32,000 bases of DNA from Candidatus Nanosynbacter sp. BB002 (GCF_037013405.1 NZ_CP146064.1:690001-722000), one strand, 5' to 3'. Shown: positions 7,962 to 16,781, numbered from the stretch's first letter. Notes: generated by a model from the sequence alone, not told the origin. Numbers and translations: made by a program.

Positions 7962-8963
7962 ATGAGTCGTCATTCTTCCTCACCTGCCATGCCCGGTGTC
8001 AATCTGGGTGGCTGGCTAGTGCTCGAACGATGGATGACGCCAAGCGTATTCACTGGAACGGACGCGACCAATGAATATGAATTATCTAAAACCGCAGATG
8101 GTCGAGCGCGCATCCAGCAGCATCGACAAACATTCATTCAGGAAGCTGACATCAAATGGCTGGCGCAAGCTGGTATACGACTACTACGGCTGCCAATTGG
8201 TTATTGGGCACTCGAGGATCAGCCACCGTATATATCAGCAAAGCCGCAGATTGATTGGCTGGTGGACATGGCTCGGCACTATAACTTACAGGTTCTGCTT
8301 GACCTCCACGCCGCACCTGGTGCTCAAAATACCAGCGACCATAGCGGTAGTGGCAACACTGGTAGAGTTCAATGGTATCAACGCGCCAATCAGCAAAAGA
8401 CCACACAGATACTGCTGGATATCGCTAGTGAATACGGTGAGCATCCAGCCCTATGGGGCATCGAACTACTCAATGAACCACTAGTAACGACACGACGCGA
8501 ACGGTGGCGACTGTGGTGGTGGACACACAAAACGAGCCGGAAATTGCGTAGTAAATTGCCGCCTCATGTGCACATCGTGGCGTCTGACTGCTACCAGCCA
8601 GCCTGGTGGTCGGGACGCGTCGACTCTAACACGCTGGATATACACCATTACCAGTGCTTTTCCGATGCGGATAATCAAGCGACATCGCTAACTCACCACC
8701 GTCAGGTACTTGACCAACGGTCTGGCGAGTACCGCAATTATGCCCAGCAGCAGCCACTGATCATCGGCGAGTGGAGCGCTGCCCTGCCGCCAGGCATTGC
8801 CAGCGATAGTACCGAATACGCCCACTGCCAATCGCAACTTGCCGTACCAGCAAATGTCGATGCCTGGTTCTACTGGAGTTACAAAACCGAAAGCCCCGGG
8901 GCCTGGAACTTTCGCGATTGCCATGCTAAGGGGTGGTTTGACGGTATGCTTAGCTCGCGGTAG
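7962..8963 (+). CDS. glycoside hydrolase family 5 (exo-beta-1,3-glucanase/cellulase-like)
   Basis: GVNLGGWLVLERWMTPSVF N-terminus, acid/base IELLNEP, nucleophile IIGEWSAA. No signal peptide visible. Confidence 0.8.
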   Translation: MSRHSSSPAMPGVNLGGWLVLERWMTPSVFTGTDATNEYELSKTADGRARIQQHRQTFIQEADIKWLAQAGIRLLRLPIGYWALEDQPPYISAKPQIDWLVDMARHYNLQVLLDLHAAPGAQNTSDHSGSGNTGRVQWYQRANQQKTTQILLDIASEYGEHPALWGIELLNEPLVTTRRERWRLWWWTHKTSRKLRSKLPPHVHIVASDCYQPAWWSGRVDSNTLDIHHYQCFSDADNQATSLTHHRQVLDQRSGEYRNYAQQQPLIIGEWSAALPPGIASDSTEYAHCQSQLAVPANVDAWFYWSYKTESPGAWNFRDCHAKGWFDGMLSSR

Positions 8964-8964
8964 A

Positions 8965-8973
8965 TGGTATAAT
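8965..8973 (+). promoter_or_regulatory. extended -10 TGgTATAAT, 6 nt upstream of ATG 8980
   Basis: Read directly: tgg tataat gaatat ATG, starting 2 nt after the GH5 stop. Confidence 0.5.
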
Positions 8974-8979
8974 GAATAT

Positions 8980-9156
8980 ATGTCTTTTCCTAAATTAATT
9001 TACAGCATTGCAGTCCTGGTTATCATCGCTTGGGTATTGAGCATGGTGTTTCGCCTTGCCGCCTGGTTGATTAACGGGTTGCTTTACGTTGCAGTTCTGG
9101 TTGTTATCATCGGTCTTATTGCACAATTTATCAGCCAGAAAAAGCAGCGAAAATAA
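8980..9156 (+). CDS. 58-aa two-helix membrane protein
   Basis: MSFPKLIYSIAVLVIIAWVLSMVFRLAAWLINGLLYVAVLVVIIGLIAQFISQKKQRK. It is the in-frame tail of track ORF 8797..9156, with a leaderless-type promoter directly upstream. Confidence 0.5.
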   Translation: MSFPKLIYSIAVLVIIAWVLSMVFRLAAWLINGLLYVAVLVVIIGLIAQFISQKKQRK

Positions 9157-9177
9157 CTCGCCTGTCACTATAGAATA

Positions 9178-9204
9178 ATCACGGCAGATTTACGCCGCCG
9201 TGAT
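9178..9204. terminator. hairpin between convergent genes (possible bidirectional terminator)
   Basis: Perfect 8-bp stem ATCACGGC / GCCGTGAT with an 11-nt loop. The flanking T-runs are weak. Confidence 0.35.
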
Positions 9205-9209
9205 GTATC

Positions 9210-10988
9210 TTATAGCCCTAATTCTTGTAGCTGTGCTGGATCAACCGTTGATGGCGAATCCATCATCACGTCAACGCCTGAGCCGTTCTTTGGAAAAGCT
9301 AAAGTCTCGCGAACATTTGTTTCGTCGATGAGTTCCATGAGGATGCGGTCAACACCAAAGGCACAGCCAGCGTGCGGCGGTGCACCGTATTTGAAGGCGT
9401 TGAGCATGGCGCCAAACTTTTCCTCCACATAGCTTTCGCTAAAGCCAAGTAGGTCAAACACTTTGTATAGTACCGCTGGGTTGTGGTTGCGCACACCGCC
9501 GGAGCAAATTTCGTAGCCGTTCATCACCATGTCAAATTGATCGGCAACGATGGCAAGCTTGTCGGCGTCAGTCGTTGCTGACTCCAGCGCCTCTAGGCCG
9601 CCCTTTGGCATGCCAAATGGGTTGTGGCCAAAATCAAGCTTCTTGCCGTGGTCATCCCATTCATAGAATGGAAAATCGATGATCCAGGCAAACGCTACCA
9701 CGCTCGGGTCTTTCAGGTCGAAGTGAGCAGCAAATTCGTTTCGCAGACGACCAAGCACGGCGTTGACGACCGGGCGAGCGTCGGCGCCGAAGAAGACTGC
9801 ATCGCCATCAACTGCACCGATTTTTTGCTGAATCGCCGTGAGCTCTGCTTCGCTCAAGAACTTGGCAATTGGCGATTTTGCCTCGCCATCTTGGTAAGTG
9901 ATGTAAGCTAAACCGCCCGCCCCCTCGCTCTTGGCAATGTCAGTGAATTGGTCGATTTGCTTGCGGCTGAGACTGGCGCCATTTTTGACGCAAATCGCCT
10001 TGATACACTCAGCGTTTTTGAACACGCCAAATTCAGTTTCGGCAAATACGTCGGTCAATTCAATCAGCTTCATACCAAAACGTAGGTCTGGCTTGTCCGA
10101 GCCATATGTCTCCATGGCGTCGCGGTAGGAAATGCGCGGAATTGGACTGCCATCACCAACAGGCAGGTCGCTCAAATCCAGCAACTTTTTGCCGGCAAAC
10201 TCGGTCGCGAGCTGCCGCATCAGCGGCTCAACTTCCTGGCGAACTTCCTCGCCGTCCTCAACGAAACTCATCTCCAGGTCCAGCTGGTAAAACTCACCGT
10301 ACAATCGATCGGCCCGCGGATCTTCATCGCGAAAACACGCCGCCAACTGGTAATATCGCGGCACACCGCCAACCATCAGCAGCTGCTTGAACTGCTGCGG
10401 CGCTTGCGGTAGAGCGTAAAACTTATCTTCCTGCAACCGGCTGGGGATCAGAAAATCACGCGCGCCCTCGGGGCTGGAATTTGCCAAAATCGGCGTCTGA
10501 ATCTCGATGAAGTCCCGAGTATCCATATACTGATGCATCCGTCGGTACATCTCAGCGCGTTTTTTCAGCATCTCCTGCATCTTCGGGCGGCGCAGATCGA
10601 GGTAGCGATACTTAAAACGTAAGTCCTCGCCCGCCTGATTTTCCTCGGCAAATGGTTGGATTGGCAAGGTTTCAGCACGATTGAGAATTTCCAGATTTTC
10701 CACCACAATTTCCACATCACCGCTGGCGATATTTGGATTTTTCAAACCTTCGCCGCGCTCCGTCACCACACCACTAGCACGAATCACAAACTCATCGCGC
10801 AGGCTTTCCGCCAAACGAAACGCTTCCGCCTGCTCAGGATTAATCACCAGCTGCACCAGCCCAGTATGGTCGCGCAGGTCAATAAAAATCAGCCCACCGT
10901 GATCACGCCGGGAGTGTACCCAGCCCGCCACGGTAATCATTTCCCCAACTTTTGTTGGTGTATCAATTGCAAAAGTCCTCTGTTTCAT
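9210..10988 (-). CDS. aspS: aspartate--tRNA ligase
   Basis: GWVHSRRDHGGLIFIDLRDHTG OB-fold N-terminus, class II motifs FRDEDPRADR and GVDRILM, 592 aa. Confidence 0.95.
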   Translation of the reverse strand: MKQRTFAIDTPTKVGEMITVAGWVHSRRDHGGLIFIDLRDHTGLVQLVINPEQAEAFRLAESLRDEFVIRASGVVTERGEGLKNPNIASGDVEIVVENLEILNRAETLPIQPFAEENQAGEDLRFKYRYLDLRRPKMQEMLKKRAEMYRRMHQYMDTRDFIEIQTPILANSSPEGARDFLIPSRLQEDKFYALPQAPQQFKQLLMVGGVPRYYQLAACFRDEDPRADRLYGEFYQLDLEMSFVEDGEEVRQEVEPLMRQLATEFAGKKLLDLSDLPVGDGSPIPRISYRDAMETYGSDKPDLRFGMKLIELTDVFAETEFGVFKNAECIKAICVKNGASLSRKQIDQFTDIAKSEGAGGLAYITYQDGEAKSPIAKFLSEAELTAIQQKIGAVDGDAVFFGADARPVVNAVLGRLRNEFAAHFDLKDPSVVAFAWIIDFPFYEWDDHGKKLDFGHNPFGMPKGGLEALESATTDADKLAIVADQFDMVMNGYEICSGGVRNHNPAVLYKVFDLLGFSESYVEEKFGAMLNAFKYGAPPHAGCAFGVDRILMELIDETNVRETLAFPKNGSGVDVMMDSPSTVDPAQLQELGL

Positions 10989-10995
10989 ATCTGTT

Positions 10996-11004
10996 ATTAT
11001 ACCA
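10996..11004 (-). promoter_or_regulatory. extended -10 TGgTATAAT, 7 nt upstream of aspS ATG 10988
   Basis: Minus strand reads tgg tataat aacagat ATG. Confidence 0.5.
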
Positions 11005-11021
11005 CAGCGGCAACAGTTTTA

Positions 11022-11030
11022 TGCTATAAT
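11022..11030 (+). promoter_or_regulatory. extended -10 TGcTATAAT, 6 nt upstream of ATG 11037
   Basis: Read directly: tgc tataat cgccct ATG. Confidence 0.5.
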
Positions 11031-11036
11031 CGCCCT

Positions 11037-11843
11037 ATGGATAGCTATACGGTGGGCACTGTAGTCATCTTTTGTTCAATTACGTGGATCATCGCCAGTC
11101 CTTTTGTAGTGTTTTATTATCATAAACGATATATCACAGCCTACCGGGAGCTAGAGGAATTACGCCGGGAAGTATCGCCCGCAGTAGATATCCAGTCAAC
11201 CCAAATGTCTGCTTCGGAAGGGGCACAATCAACGAATAAGCAGCCCATTACCGAGAACAGGTCTAATCCAGTCACACCACTCAGCGACCATGAACTGCTC
11301 ACCAAAATTCGCTCCATGTCGCCGTATGATTTCGAAAAATACATCGCTCAATTATTTGAACATTTTGGCTATTCGGCTGCAACCACTCCGTATAAACGCG
11401 ACGGTGGCATCGACATTGTATTATACAAAAACGGCGTCCAAAGTTATGTCCAATGTAAAAAGTATATTAAACAAATTGTCAAAGTATCCGAAGTGCGTGA
11501 TTTTTATGGTGCAGTTGTTGATCATTTACACGGCGGCGAGGCATTCTTTGTCACAACAAACATCTTCTCATCGGACGCACGAAGATTTGTAAAATATTCT
11601 ACCAATGGCAACAAAATACGGCTTATTGATAACACAGGACTACTTACCATCATTCGCGCCCTTGAAGATAAAGGTGTCGTAGTACCAATTCCTGACGTAT
11701 CAGACATATCTCAAAAAATTAAACCATGCCCACGCTGTCGTGGCGGTCATCTGGTGATAAGACACAGCAAAAATAATCATTCACCATTCTACGGATGCTC
11801 GAATTATCCCGAATGTCGATATATGCAAAAGATAAATTCTTAG
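11037..11843 (+). CDS. membrane-anchored Mrr-like restriction endonuclease domain protein with C-terminal topoisomerase-type C4 zinc ribbon
   Basis: N-terminal TM helix VGTVVIFCSITWIIASPFVVFYY. Mrr_cat-like core YDFEKYIAQLFEHFGY ... DGGIDIVLYK ... VQCKKY. C-terminal CPRCRGGHLV ... YGCSNYPECRY. The first 127 codons of track ORF 10656..11843 are antisense to aspS and were discarded. Confidence 0.75.
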   Translation: MDSYTVGTVVIFCSITWIIASPFVVFYYHKRYITAYRELEELRREVSPAVDIQSTQMSASEGAQSTNKQPITENRSNPVTPLSDHELLTKIRSMSPYDFEKYIAQLFEHFGYSAATTPYKRDGGIDIVLYKNGVQSYVQCKKYIKQIVKVSEVRDFYGAVVDHLHGGEAFFVTTNIFSSDARRFVKYSTNGNKIRLIDNTGLLTIIRALEDKGVVVPIPDVSDISQKIKPCPRCRGGHLVIRHSKNNHSPFYGCSNYPECRYMQKINS

Positions 11844-12871
11844 ATAGTTTCGGTAGTTTTTGGGCTATTATTACCGCGTGGATTGCGCTCAGCTACTTTG
11901 CGCAGATCTTCATGGGTATCAAATTCATCATTAATTTTCTTTCCTAAAAGCGCTTCCAAAGCATCTTCCAGGCTTAACAGTCCAACTGTTTCACGGTACT
12001 GGTTGATCACGATGAATAGATGGTGTCTGGTTTTGATAAAGGCAGCCAAAGCTTGCTGCAACGATTGGTCTTCTCGAATGTAAAACACAGCGTGCTCCAT
12101 AGCATCAGTAACGTGGTGCGCTTTTTGCGACTTTTTGGCGTTACCAATGGTCACCAAATCTTGCACATATAACATACCCACAACATGATCAATATCCCCA
12201 TCAATCACCGGAAAACGGCTGTGCCCTGTTTGATACAGCCCATCCAGAACGATGGGACCTAGTACTTCATCTTTACCTATGCTATCAATCATAGTACGTG
12301 GAATCATGGCGTCAGTGACTTTCATGTCCTTGAACTTGAGACTATTGGTGATAAGCTTTTTTTCGTCCTTGGACAATGCATCACCAGCGTTCTTGACTAT
12401 CTCGAGCAGCTCCTCACGCGATTCAACATCCAATTCACTACTTTGTGACGGTACAACAGAACGGATCGCCCAAAATACAACTGAATACTTTTCAATGCAG
12501 CGAATGATTGCTCCTTCATACCGTTCATAGATGCGCTGTGAAAATTTTTGTAGCGGCGACAAGCGAGCCACGGCGCCCGAATAAAGCGCGATGACTAACG
12601 ACACCAAAAAACCAACTAGCCAGTGAAACAACTCCACACCGATGACACTGAGCGACACCAATAATAATGCCGTGATCACCCGCTGCAACGAAAATAAATC
12701 AGCCAAGTAGGTGCGGCGTTTCAGTAGTAATTTTGCTTCCTCGTCACCCTGGTGCGCCCGACGTTTCAATTCAAATTGGCTATGTGACGAGAGCTGTGGA
12801 TGCACCCCTAGTACCAATATCAAAATGACGATAATCAATCCATATATAACACTTAACAGCAATACACTCAT
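11840..12871 (-). CDS. CNNM/HlyC-CorC-family protein (DUF21 membrane domain plus CBS pair)
   Basis: Four N-terminal TM helices and a CBS pair (VTDAMIPRT ... HSRFPVIDGDIDHVVGMLYVQDL ... LFIVINQYRETVGLLSLEDALEALLG). It ends right after the CBS pair, so the usual C-terminal CorC_HlyC domain appears to be absent. Confidence 0.75.
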   Translation of the reverse strand: MSVLLLSVIYGLIIVILILVLGVHPQLSSHSQFELKRRAHQGDEEAKLLLKRRTYLADLFSLQRVITALLLVSLSVIGVELFHWLVGFLVSLVIALYSGAVARLSPLQKFSQRIYERYEGAIIRCIEKYSVVFWAIRSVVPSQSSELDVESREELLEIVKNAGDALSKDEKKLITNSLKFKDMKVTDAMIPRTMIDSIGKDEVLGPIVLDGLYQTGHSRFPVIDGDIDHVVGMLYVQDLVTIGNAKKSQKAHHVTDAMEHAVFYIREDQSLQQALAAFIKTRHHLFIVINQYRETVGLLSLEDALEALLGKKINDEFDTHEDLRKVAERNPRGNNSPKTTETI

Positions 12872-12877
12872 GGTTTT

Positions 12878-12883
12878 ATTTTA
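12878..12883 (-). promoter_or_regulatory. -10 box TAAAAT, 6 nt upstream of ATG 12871
   Basis: Minus strand reads TAAAAT aaaacc ATG. Confidence 0.4.
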
Positions 12884-12893
12884 CCTGATTTTA

Positions 12894-12902
12894 TGCTATT
12901 AT
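12894..12902 (+). promoter_or_regulatory. extended -10 TGcTATTAT driving a leadered mRNA (GGAGGA SD at 12918-12923)
   Basis: Read directly. The SD lies 5 nt upstream of ATG 12929. Confidence 0.45.
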
Positions 12903-12928
12903 TGCTAGAGTTAATTTGGAGGACAAGA

Positions 12929-13624
12929 ATGAACGGAAAAACCTGGGGCGTATTTATCGCAATCGTGGTGACGATACTTGGTGGCATGGTATACCTGTCA
13001 GTAACACACCGCTTAGATATTAGCGATATCGCCAAAGATCAACTCACAAAAATCATCCCTGCTGAAAAGCGCAATGGTGACATTCAGGAGCACACTTTTG
13101 GGGCTGACAAGCCTAAAGTTACGATTATTGAGTACGGTGATTATCAATGCCCAGGTTGTCGCACTGTTGCACCACGTATTAAATCAGCTGTCGAAAAGCA
13201 CAAAGATAATGTGCAATTGATCTTCCGCAACTTCCCACTGTCTGGTCACACTCACGCTCGCCTAGCAGCGTCAGTGGCTGAGGCGGCAGGCTTGCAAGGT
13301 AAATACTGGGAAATGCACGATTTGCTGTACGAAAACCAAGACGCATGGAGCAACGCCCAAAATCACAAACGCAACGATATCTTCATGGGCTATGCCAAGC
13401 AGCTTAAACTCGATGAATCACGCTTTGCCAATGACCTAACAAGCGACCGCGTATTGCAAAAAATTAGTTTCGACACTGCCGTTAGCCGTGCACACGAAAT
13501 TACTGCTACACCAACCATATTCATCAATGGCAAAAAGGTAGAAGACCTCAACAGTATTGACGCTGAGGTAGAAAACGCGCTCAAAGCAGCAGGTGTTTCT
13601 ACTGAGGAAAAGAAGGCTGAGTAG
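12929..13624 (+). CDS. DsbA-family thiol:disulfide oxidoreductase, membrane-anchored
   Basis: N-terminal TM helix, thioredoxin active site YQCPGCR, cis-Pro region TATPTIFING. Start placed at MNGKTW, behind the GGAGGA SD. Confidence 0.8.
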   Translation: MNGKTWGVFIAIVVTILGGMVYLSVTHRLDISDIAKDQLTKIIPAEKRNGDIQEHTFGADKPKVTIIEYGDYQCPGCRTVAPRIKSAVEKHKDNVQLIFRNFPLSGHTHARLAASVAEAAGLQGKYWEMHDLLYENQDAWSNAQNHKRNDIFMGYAKQLKLDESRFANDLTSDRVLQKISFDTAVSRAHEITATPTIFINGKKVEDLNSIDAEVENALKAAGVSTEEKKAE

Positions 13625-13640
13625 ATTACCGTAAATCAAT

Positions 13641-13677
13641 CTAAAACCGCCCGGGTTTAGCGCTCGGGCGGTTTTAG
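13641..13677. terminator. bidirectional rho-independent terminator
   Basis: Perfect 13-bp stem CTAAAACCGCCCG / CGGGCGGTTTTAG with an 11-nt loop. GC-rich core flanked by an A-tract and a T-tract. Confidence 0.7.
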
Positions 13678-13682
13678 ATATG

Positions 13683-13775
13683 TTATTGTGCTATGTATGT
13701 TTGCCATTCGGCAGGCACTACATCCACTGCGATCTTTTTGCGTCGTGATGACACAAAATTGATTGCTATCGGCAT
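13683..13775 (-). CDS. candidate 30-aa small protein (MPIAINFVSSRRKKIAVDVVPAEWQTYIAQ)
   Basis: ATG 13775 preceded by AAGGAG with an 8-nt spacer. It has its own promoter upstream and the terminator downstream. No recognisable homology. Confidence 0.3.
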   Translation of the reverse strand: MPIAINFVSSRRKKIAVDVVPAEWQTYIAQ

Positions 13776-13868
13776 GTATTTGTACTCCTTCGTACTAAAT
13801 GCAGCCTCACGCGCTTCGACCTTTATTACAAACCGCAACTCAATGCTTCGGCGCGAGACACGTCAACC

Positions 13869-13897
13869 ATAGTACCAAAGGAAATATAGCACGTCAA
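13869..13897 (-). promoter_or_regulatory. sigma70-type promoter TTGACG-N17-TACTAT
   Basis: Minus strand reads TTGACG (13897-13892), a 17-nt spacer, then TACTAT (13874-13869). It starts 32 nt after the CorA stop. Confidence 0.5.
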
Positions 13898-13928
13898 GTG
13901 CTTACTCCCTACTTTATTACTTTTAATT

Positions 13929-14852
13929 TTAGAATAAGCGGAATCGCTTGGCAAGTAGTAATGTTAGTAAAATTAACAACAGTGTAATACCCATGATGGC
14001 AGCGTACGCCCACCACTCGCCCTGAAATGGCAATCCGATATTCATGCCATACATACCGTAAAACACATTTGGCACCGCTAGTAGAATAGTGATAGTCGTG
14101 AGTACCTTCATGCGCTGGTTCAAGGTGTTATTGGCAATGGTTGAATAAGCGTTTTGAATACTGTCAATCGTTTGGGCACTCGAACCAATAGCCACTAATA
14201 ATTGGCGGGCATGCAATATGATATCACCAAAGGCTTCAATATCACGCAGATTAAACAACTGCCGACGATTTGCTTCCAATTGCCCAACAACCGTGACCAA
14301 GCCCTCTAAACCACTTCGATATTCATTGAGGCTATCTTCAATAGCGACGAACTCAACAAAGTCCTCGTTTTGGACATCAAAATGTGTGAGCCGCTTGCGA
14401 GCGCTGGTAATTTTGGTCGATAGCGCATATAGTCGCTGCTCGTACTCGGTGATGATGGAGGCGATGACGGCTGACACTACCGCAGAGGGCTGACGCGTGT
14501 CAGTGGTCATGAAAGCATCAGTGTCTAACGGCGAAAAAGAAGTGTGCGGACTAGCAGTTACCAGCCGATCACGCGACACTGCGATGAGTATCGGGGCGGT
14601 TTTGGCGGCATCAGCCGGACCAACTGGTAAACGCAAGAAAATGTATTCCACGCCATTGCTAAACTCTGCTCGTGACAACTCACGGACATCACAAACGTCA
14701 CGCAGGATATTTGCATTCAACAGGAGCTTATCTGACAAGTCGTCCATATCCAGCAATTTACCAGATATATGCACCCACGCGTGAGAGCGAGGACGACTTA
14801 CCTTTTCTAGACGCTCACCCGCCGCTGATCGCTCAAAGTATTCCACCACCAT
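13929..14852 (-). CDS. corA: CorA-family divalent cation transporter (paralog 1)
   Basis: C-terminal YGMYGMNIGLPF (GMN motif) between two TM helices, 307 aa. Confidence 0.8.
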   Translation of the reverse strand: MVVEYFERSAAGERLEKVSRPRSHAWVHISGKLLDMDDLSDKLLLNANILRDVCDVRELSRAEFSNGVEYIFLRLPVGPADAAKTAPILIAVSRDRLVTASPHTSFSPLDTDAFMTTDTRQPSAVVSAVIASIITEYEQRLYALSTKITSARKRLTHFDVQNEDFVEFVAIEDSLNEYRSGLEGLVTVVGQLEANRRQLFNLRDIEAFGDIILHARQLLVAIGSSAQTIDSIQNAYSTIANNTLNQRMKVLTTITILLAVPNVFYGMYGMNIGLPFQGEWWAYAAIMGITLLLILLTLLLAKRFRLF

Positions 14853-14860
14853 ATACTTTG

Positions 14861-14866
14861 ATTATA
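14861..14866 (-). promoter_or_regulatory. -10 box TATAAT, 8 nt upstream of ATG 14852
   Basis: Minus strand reads TATAAT caaagtat ATG. Confidence 0.4.
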
Positions 14867-14899
14867 CGAAAAAAGGCTATGTTTTGCTACTAGCAGTAG

Positions 14900-16015
14900 T
14901 TATTCCCAGCGGAACAGTTTAATAGCCAAGGTGTAGACGATGACGATACACAACAGAACTCCACCAAACTGCGGCAGAACTTCTGTCAGGCTTGCGTGTT
15001 CTGTTGATATCAATCGAAGACCGTCAACGACAGGGGTCATCGGGATACATTGACTAATAGACCTGAGCCACTCTGGGAACAAGAATGATGGGAAGAAAGC
15101 ACCAGACAAGAACATCATCGGGAAAGAGATAATATTTGAGAGTGGCGCTGACTGATTTTCGTTTTTAGCCCACGCACCAACAATCAATCCAAGGCCAACC
15201 ATCATCACGGCAGCCAATGTCAAGAATGGCACAAACAACAACCAGTCGCCACGCATCGTAAATTTAAACAGTAGCATACTGACAACCAGCATCAAGACAG
15301 CACTTGCCAAAGACACCAAGGTGTAGACGATAGCCGTAGAAATAATGAGCTGACCAGAAGTAAACGGTGCAGCCCGCAGGCGACGATAGTTGCCTTTTTG
15401 CTTTTCGGTTGGCATTTGGTTTGCCAGACCAAAGATACCCATGCTCATCAAACTAAACGCTAATAGCCCAGTGAAGGTGTAATCAAACGTCTTCAGAGCT
15501 TCATCGCCAACTGCCTGTGAAGCTACCTTAAACGGCGGTTCTGGCTGACCCATGGCTTTGTTGATACTACCAACAATCTGACCCATCACAGCGGTCAGTG
15601 CACTGGCAGCCTGATCTTGCCCTTTAGCATGCAGCACGTTCAGCGTGCCAGACGGTCGAGCTTGTGCGCCTTCACCTTTGACTTCACCAAACTCTTTTGG
15701 TAGCTCAATGATACCGTCAATTTCCGAGCGCTTCATCTTTTCTTTGGCATCATCAATGTTTTTCACGTCCTGAACTTGTAGTAATTTTGACTTGTCATTT
15801 TTTGCACCATCGACAAATTGCTTGGCGAACTCAGTGTTGGAGTGGTTAATGATGGCAACCTTGAAATTGGTCGTCTGATTATTAAAAATTGAACCAAACA
15901 CAAACAAGAAAATCAGCGGGAACAAAAAGGTGAAAAACAATGCCATTTTGTCGCGCAGCAAACGCTTAAGACCAGCTACGACCTGACCAATGATACCTAT
16001 CCAATATTTTTTCAT
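14900..16015 (-). CDS. ABC-2-type transporter permease
   Basis: One N-terminal TM helix, a soluble loop of about 150 aa, then 5 TM helices. Start at MKKYWIG (ATG 16015), 4 nt after the ATPase stop; the track's longer ORF overlaps the ATPase gene. Confidence 0.8.
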   Translation of the reverse strand: MKKYWIGIIGQVVAGLKRLLRDKMALFFTFLFPLIFLFVFGSIFNNQTTNFKVAIINHSNTEFAKQFVDGAKNDKSKLLQVQDVKNIDDAKEKMKRSEIDGIIELPKEFGEVKGEGAQARPSGTLNVLHAKGQDQAASALTAVMGQIVGSINKAMGQPEPPFKVASQAVGDEALKTFDYTFTGLLAFSLMSMGIFGLANQMPTEKQKGNYRRLRAAPFTSGQLIISTAIVYTLVSLASAVLMLVVSMLLFKFTMRGDWLLFVPFLTLAAVMMVGLGLIVGAWAKNENQSAPLSNIISFPMMFLSGAFFPSFLFPEWLRSISQCIPMTPVVDGLRLISTEHASLTEVLPQFGGVLLCIVIVYTLAIKLFRWE

Positions 16016-16019
16016 ACTA

Positions 16020-16775
16020 CTAATCCCGTATCGCCTTTCCTGTAAGATCGATGAAAACGTCTTCCAAATTTGCTTGTTCAACCACCTGCTTTTTCTTAAA
16101 GCCGCGCTTGAGTAACTGTTGAATCAAGTTATGTGGCGAATCGGTGGTGATGATTTGACCGTTGTCCATGATTGCCAGCCGGTCGCACAGCAATTCAGCC
16201 TCATCCATGTAGTGTGTTGTCAGCACGATAGTAACGCCCTCTTCGCGTATTTGCTTGATCAGCTCCCATAAGTTGCGACGCGCTTGTGGATCCAAACCAG
16301 TGGTTGGCTCGTCCAGAAACAAAACTTTTGGACTATTGACCAAGGTCGAAGCGATGGCGAAGCGCTGTTTTTGTCCGCCAGACAACTGTTCGACATAGTT
16401 TCTAGCTTTTTCTGTGAGTTGGACTTTAGCTAGTAGCGCAGCCACGTCAGTCTTGCTACCATACAAACTGGCAAACATTCTCAATTGCTCAGTTAATGTC
16501 AAGTGGTCATAAAAGTTGGTCGACTGCAGCTGAATACCAATGATGTCTTTGATCTTCTTGGGATGTTTAGCTACGTCAACACCATCAATGACAGCTGTAC
16601 CACCGTCGATAGTGCGCAATGCCTCCAGCATTTCTAGCGTTGTTGTTTTACCAGCGCCATTGGGACCCAAAATACCGAATATTTCGCCCTTTTCGACACT
16701 GAAATCTATGCCTTTTACCACTGTTTGATCGCCGTAGCGTTTGGTCAAACCGTGGACGTCAATAATGTTACTCAT
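16020..16775 (-). CDS. ABC transporter ATP-binding protein (ABC-2/DrrA-like)
   Basis: Walker A GPNGAGKTT, signature LSGGQKQR, Walker B LFLDEPTTGLD. Confidence 0.9.
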   Translation of the reverse strand: MSNIIDVHGLTKRYGDQTVVKGIDFSVEKGEIFGILGPNGAGKTTTLEMLEALRTIDGGTAVIDGVDVAKHPKKIKDIIGIQLQSTNFYDHLTLTEQLRMFASLYGSKTDVAALLAKVQLTEKARNYVEQLSGGQKQRFAIASTLVNSPKVLFLDEPTTGLDPQARRNLWELIKQIREEGVTIVLTTHYMDEAELLCDRLAIMDNGQIITTDSPHNLIQQLLKRGFKKKQVVEQANLEDVFIDLTGKAIRD

Positions 16776-16781
16776 ACTTCT

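Noticed and set aside
8071-8484. 137-aa alternative-frame ORF inside the GH5 gene, and similar internal ORFs in other genes
   Set aside because: It is same-strand but out of frame within a gene whose own frame carries the conserved GH5 motifs.
10656-11036. The N-terminal 127 codons of the 395-aa track ORF 10656..11843
   Set aside because: This part is antisense to the well-supported aspS gene and translates to low-complexity sequence. A TGcTATAAT-N6-ATG signal marks the real start at 11037.
13799-13987. 62-aa plus-strand ORF
   Set aside because: It overlaps the CorA 3' end and the minus-strand promoter, and has no ribosome-binding site or recognisable features.
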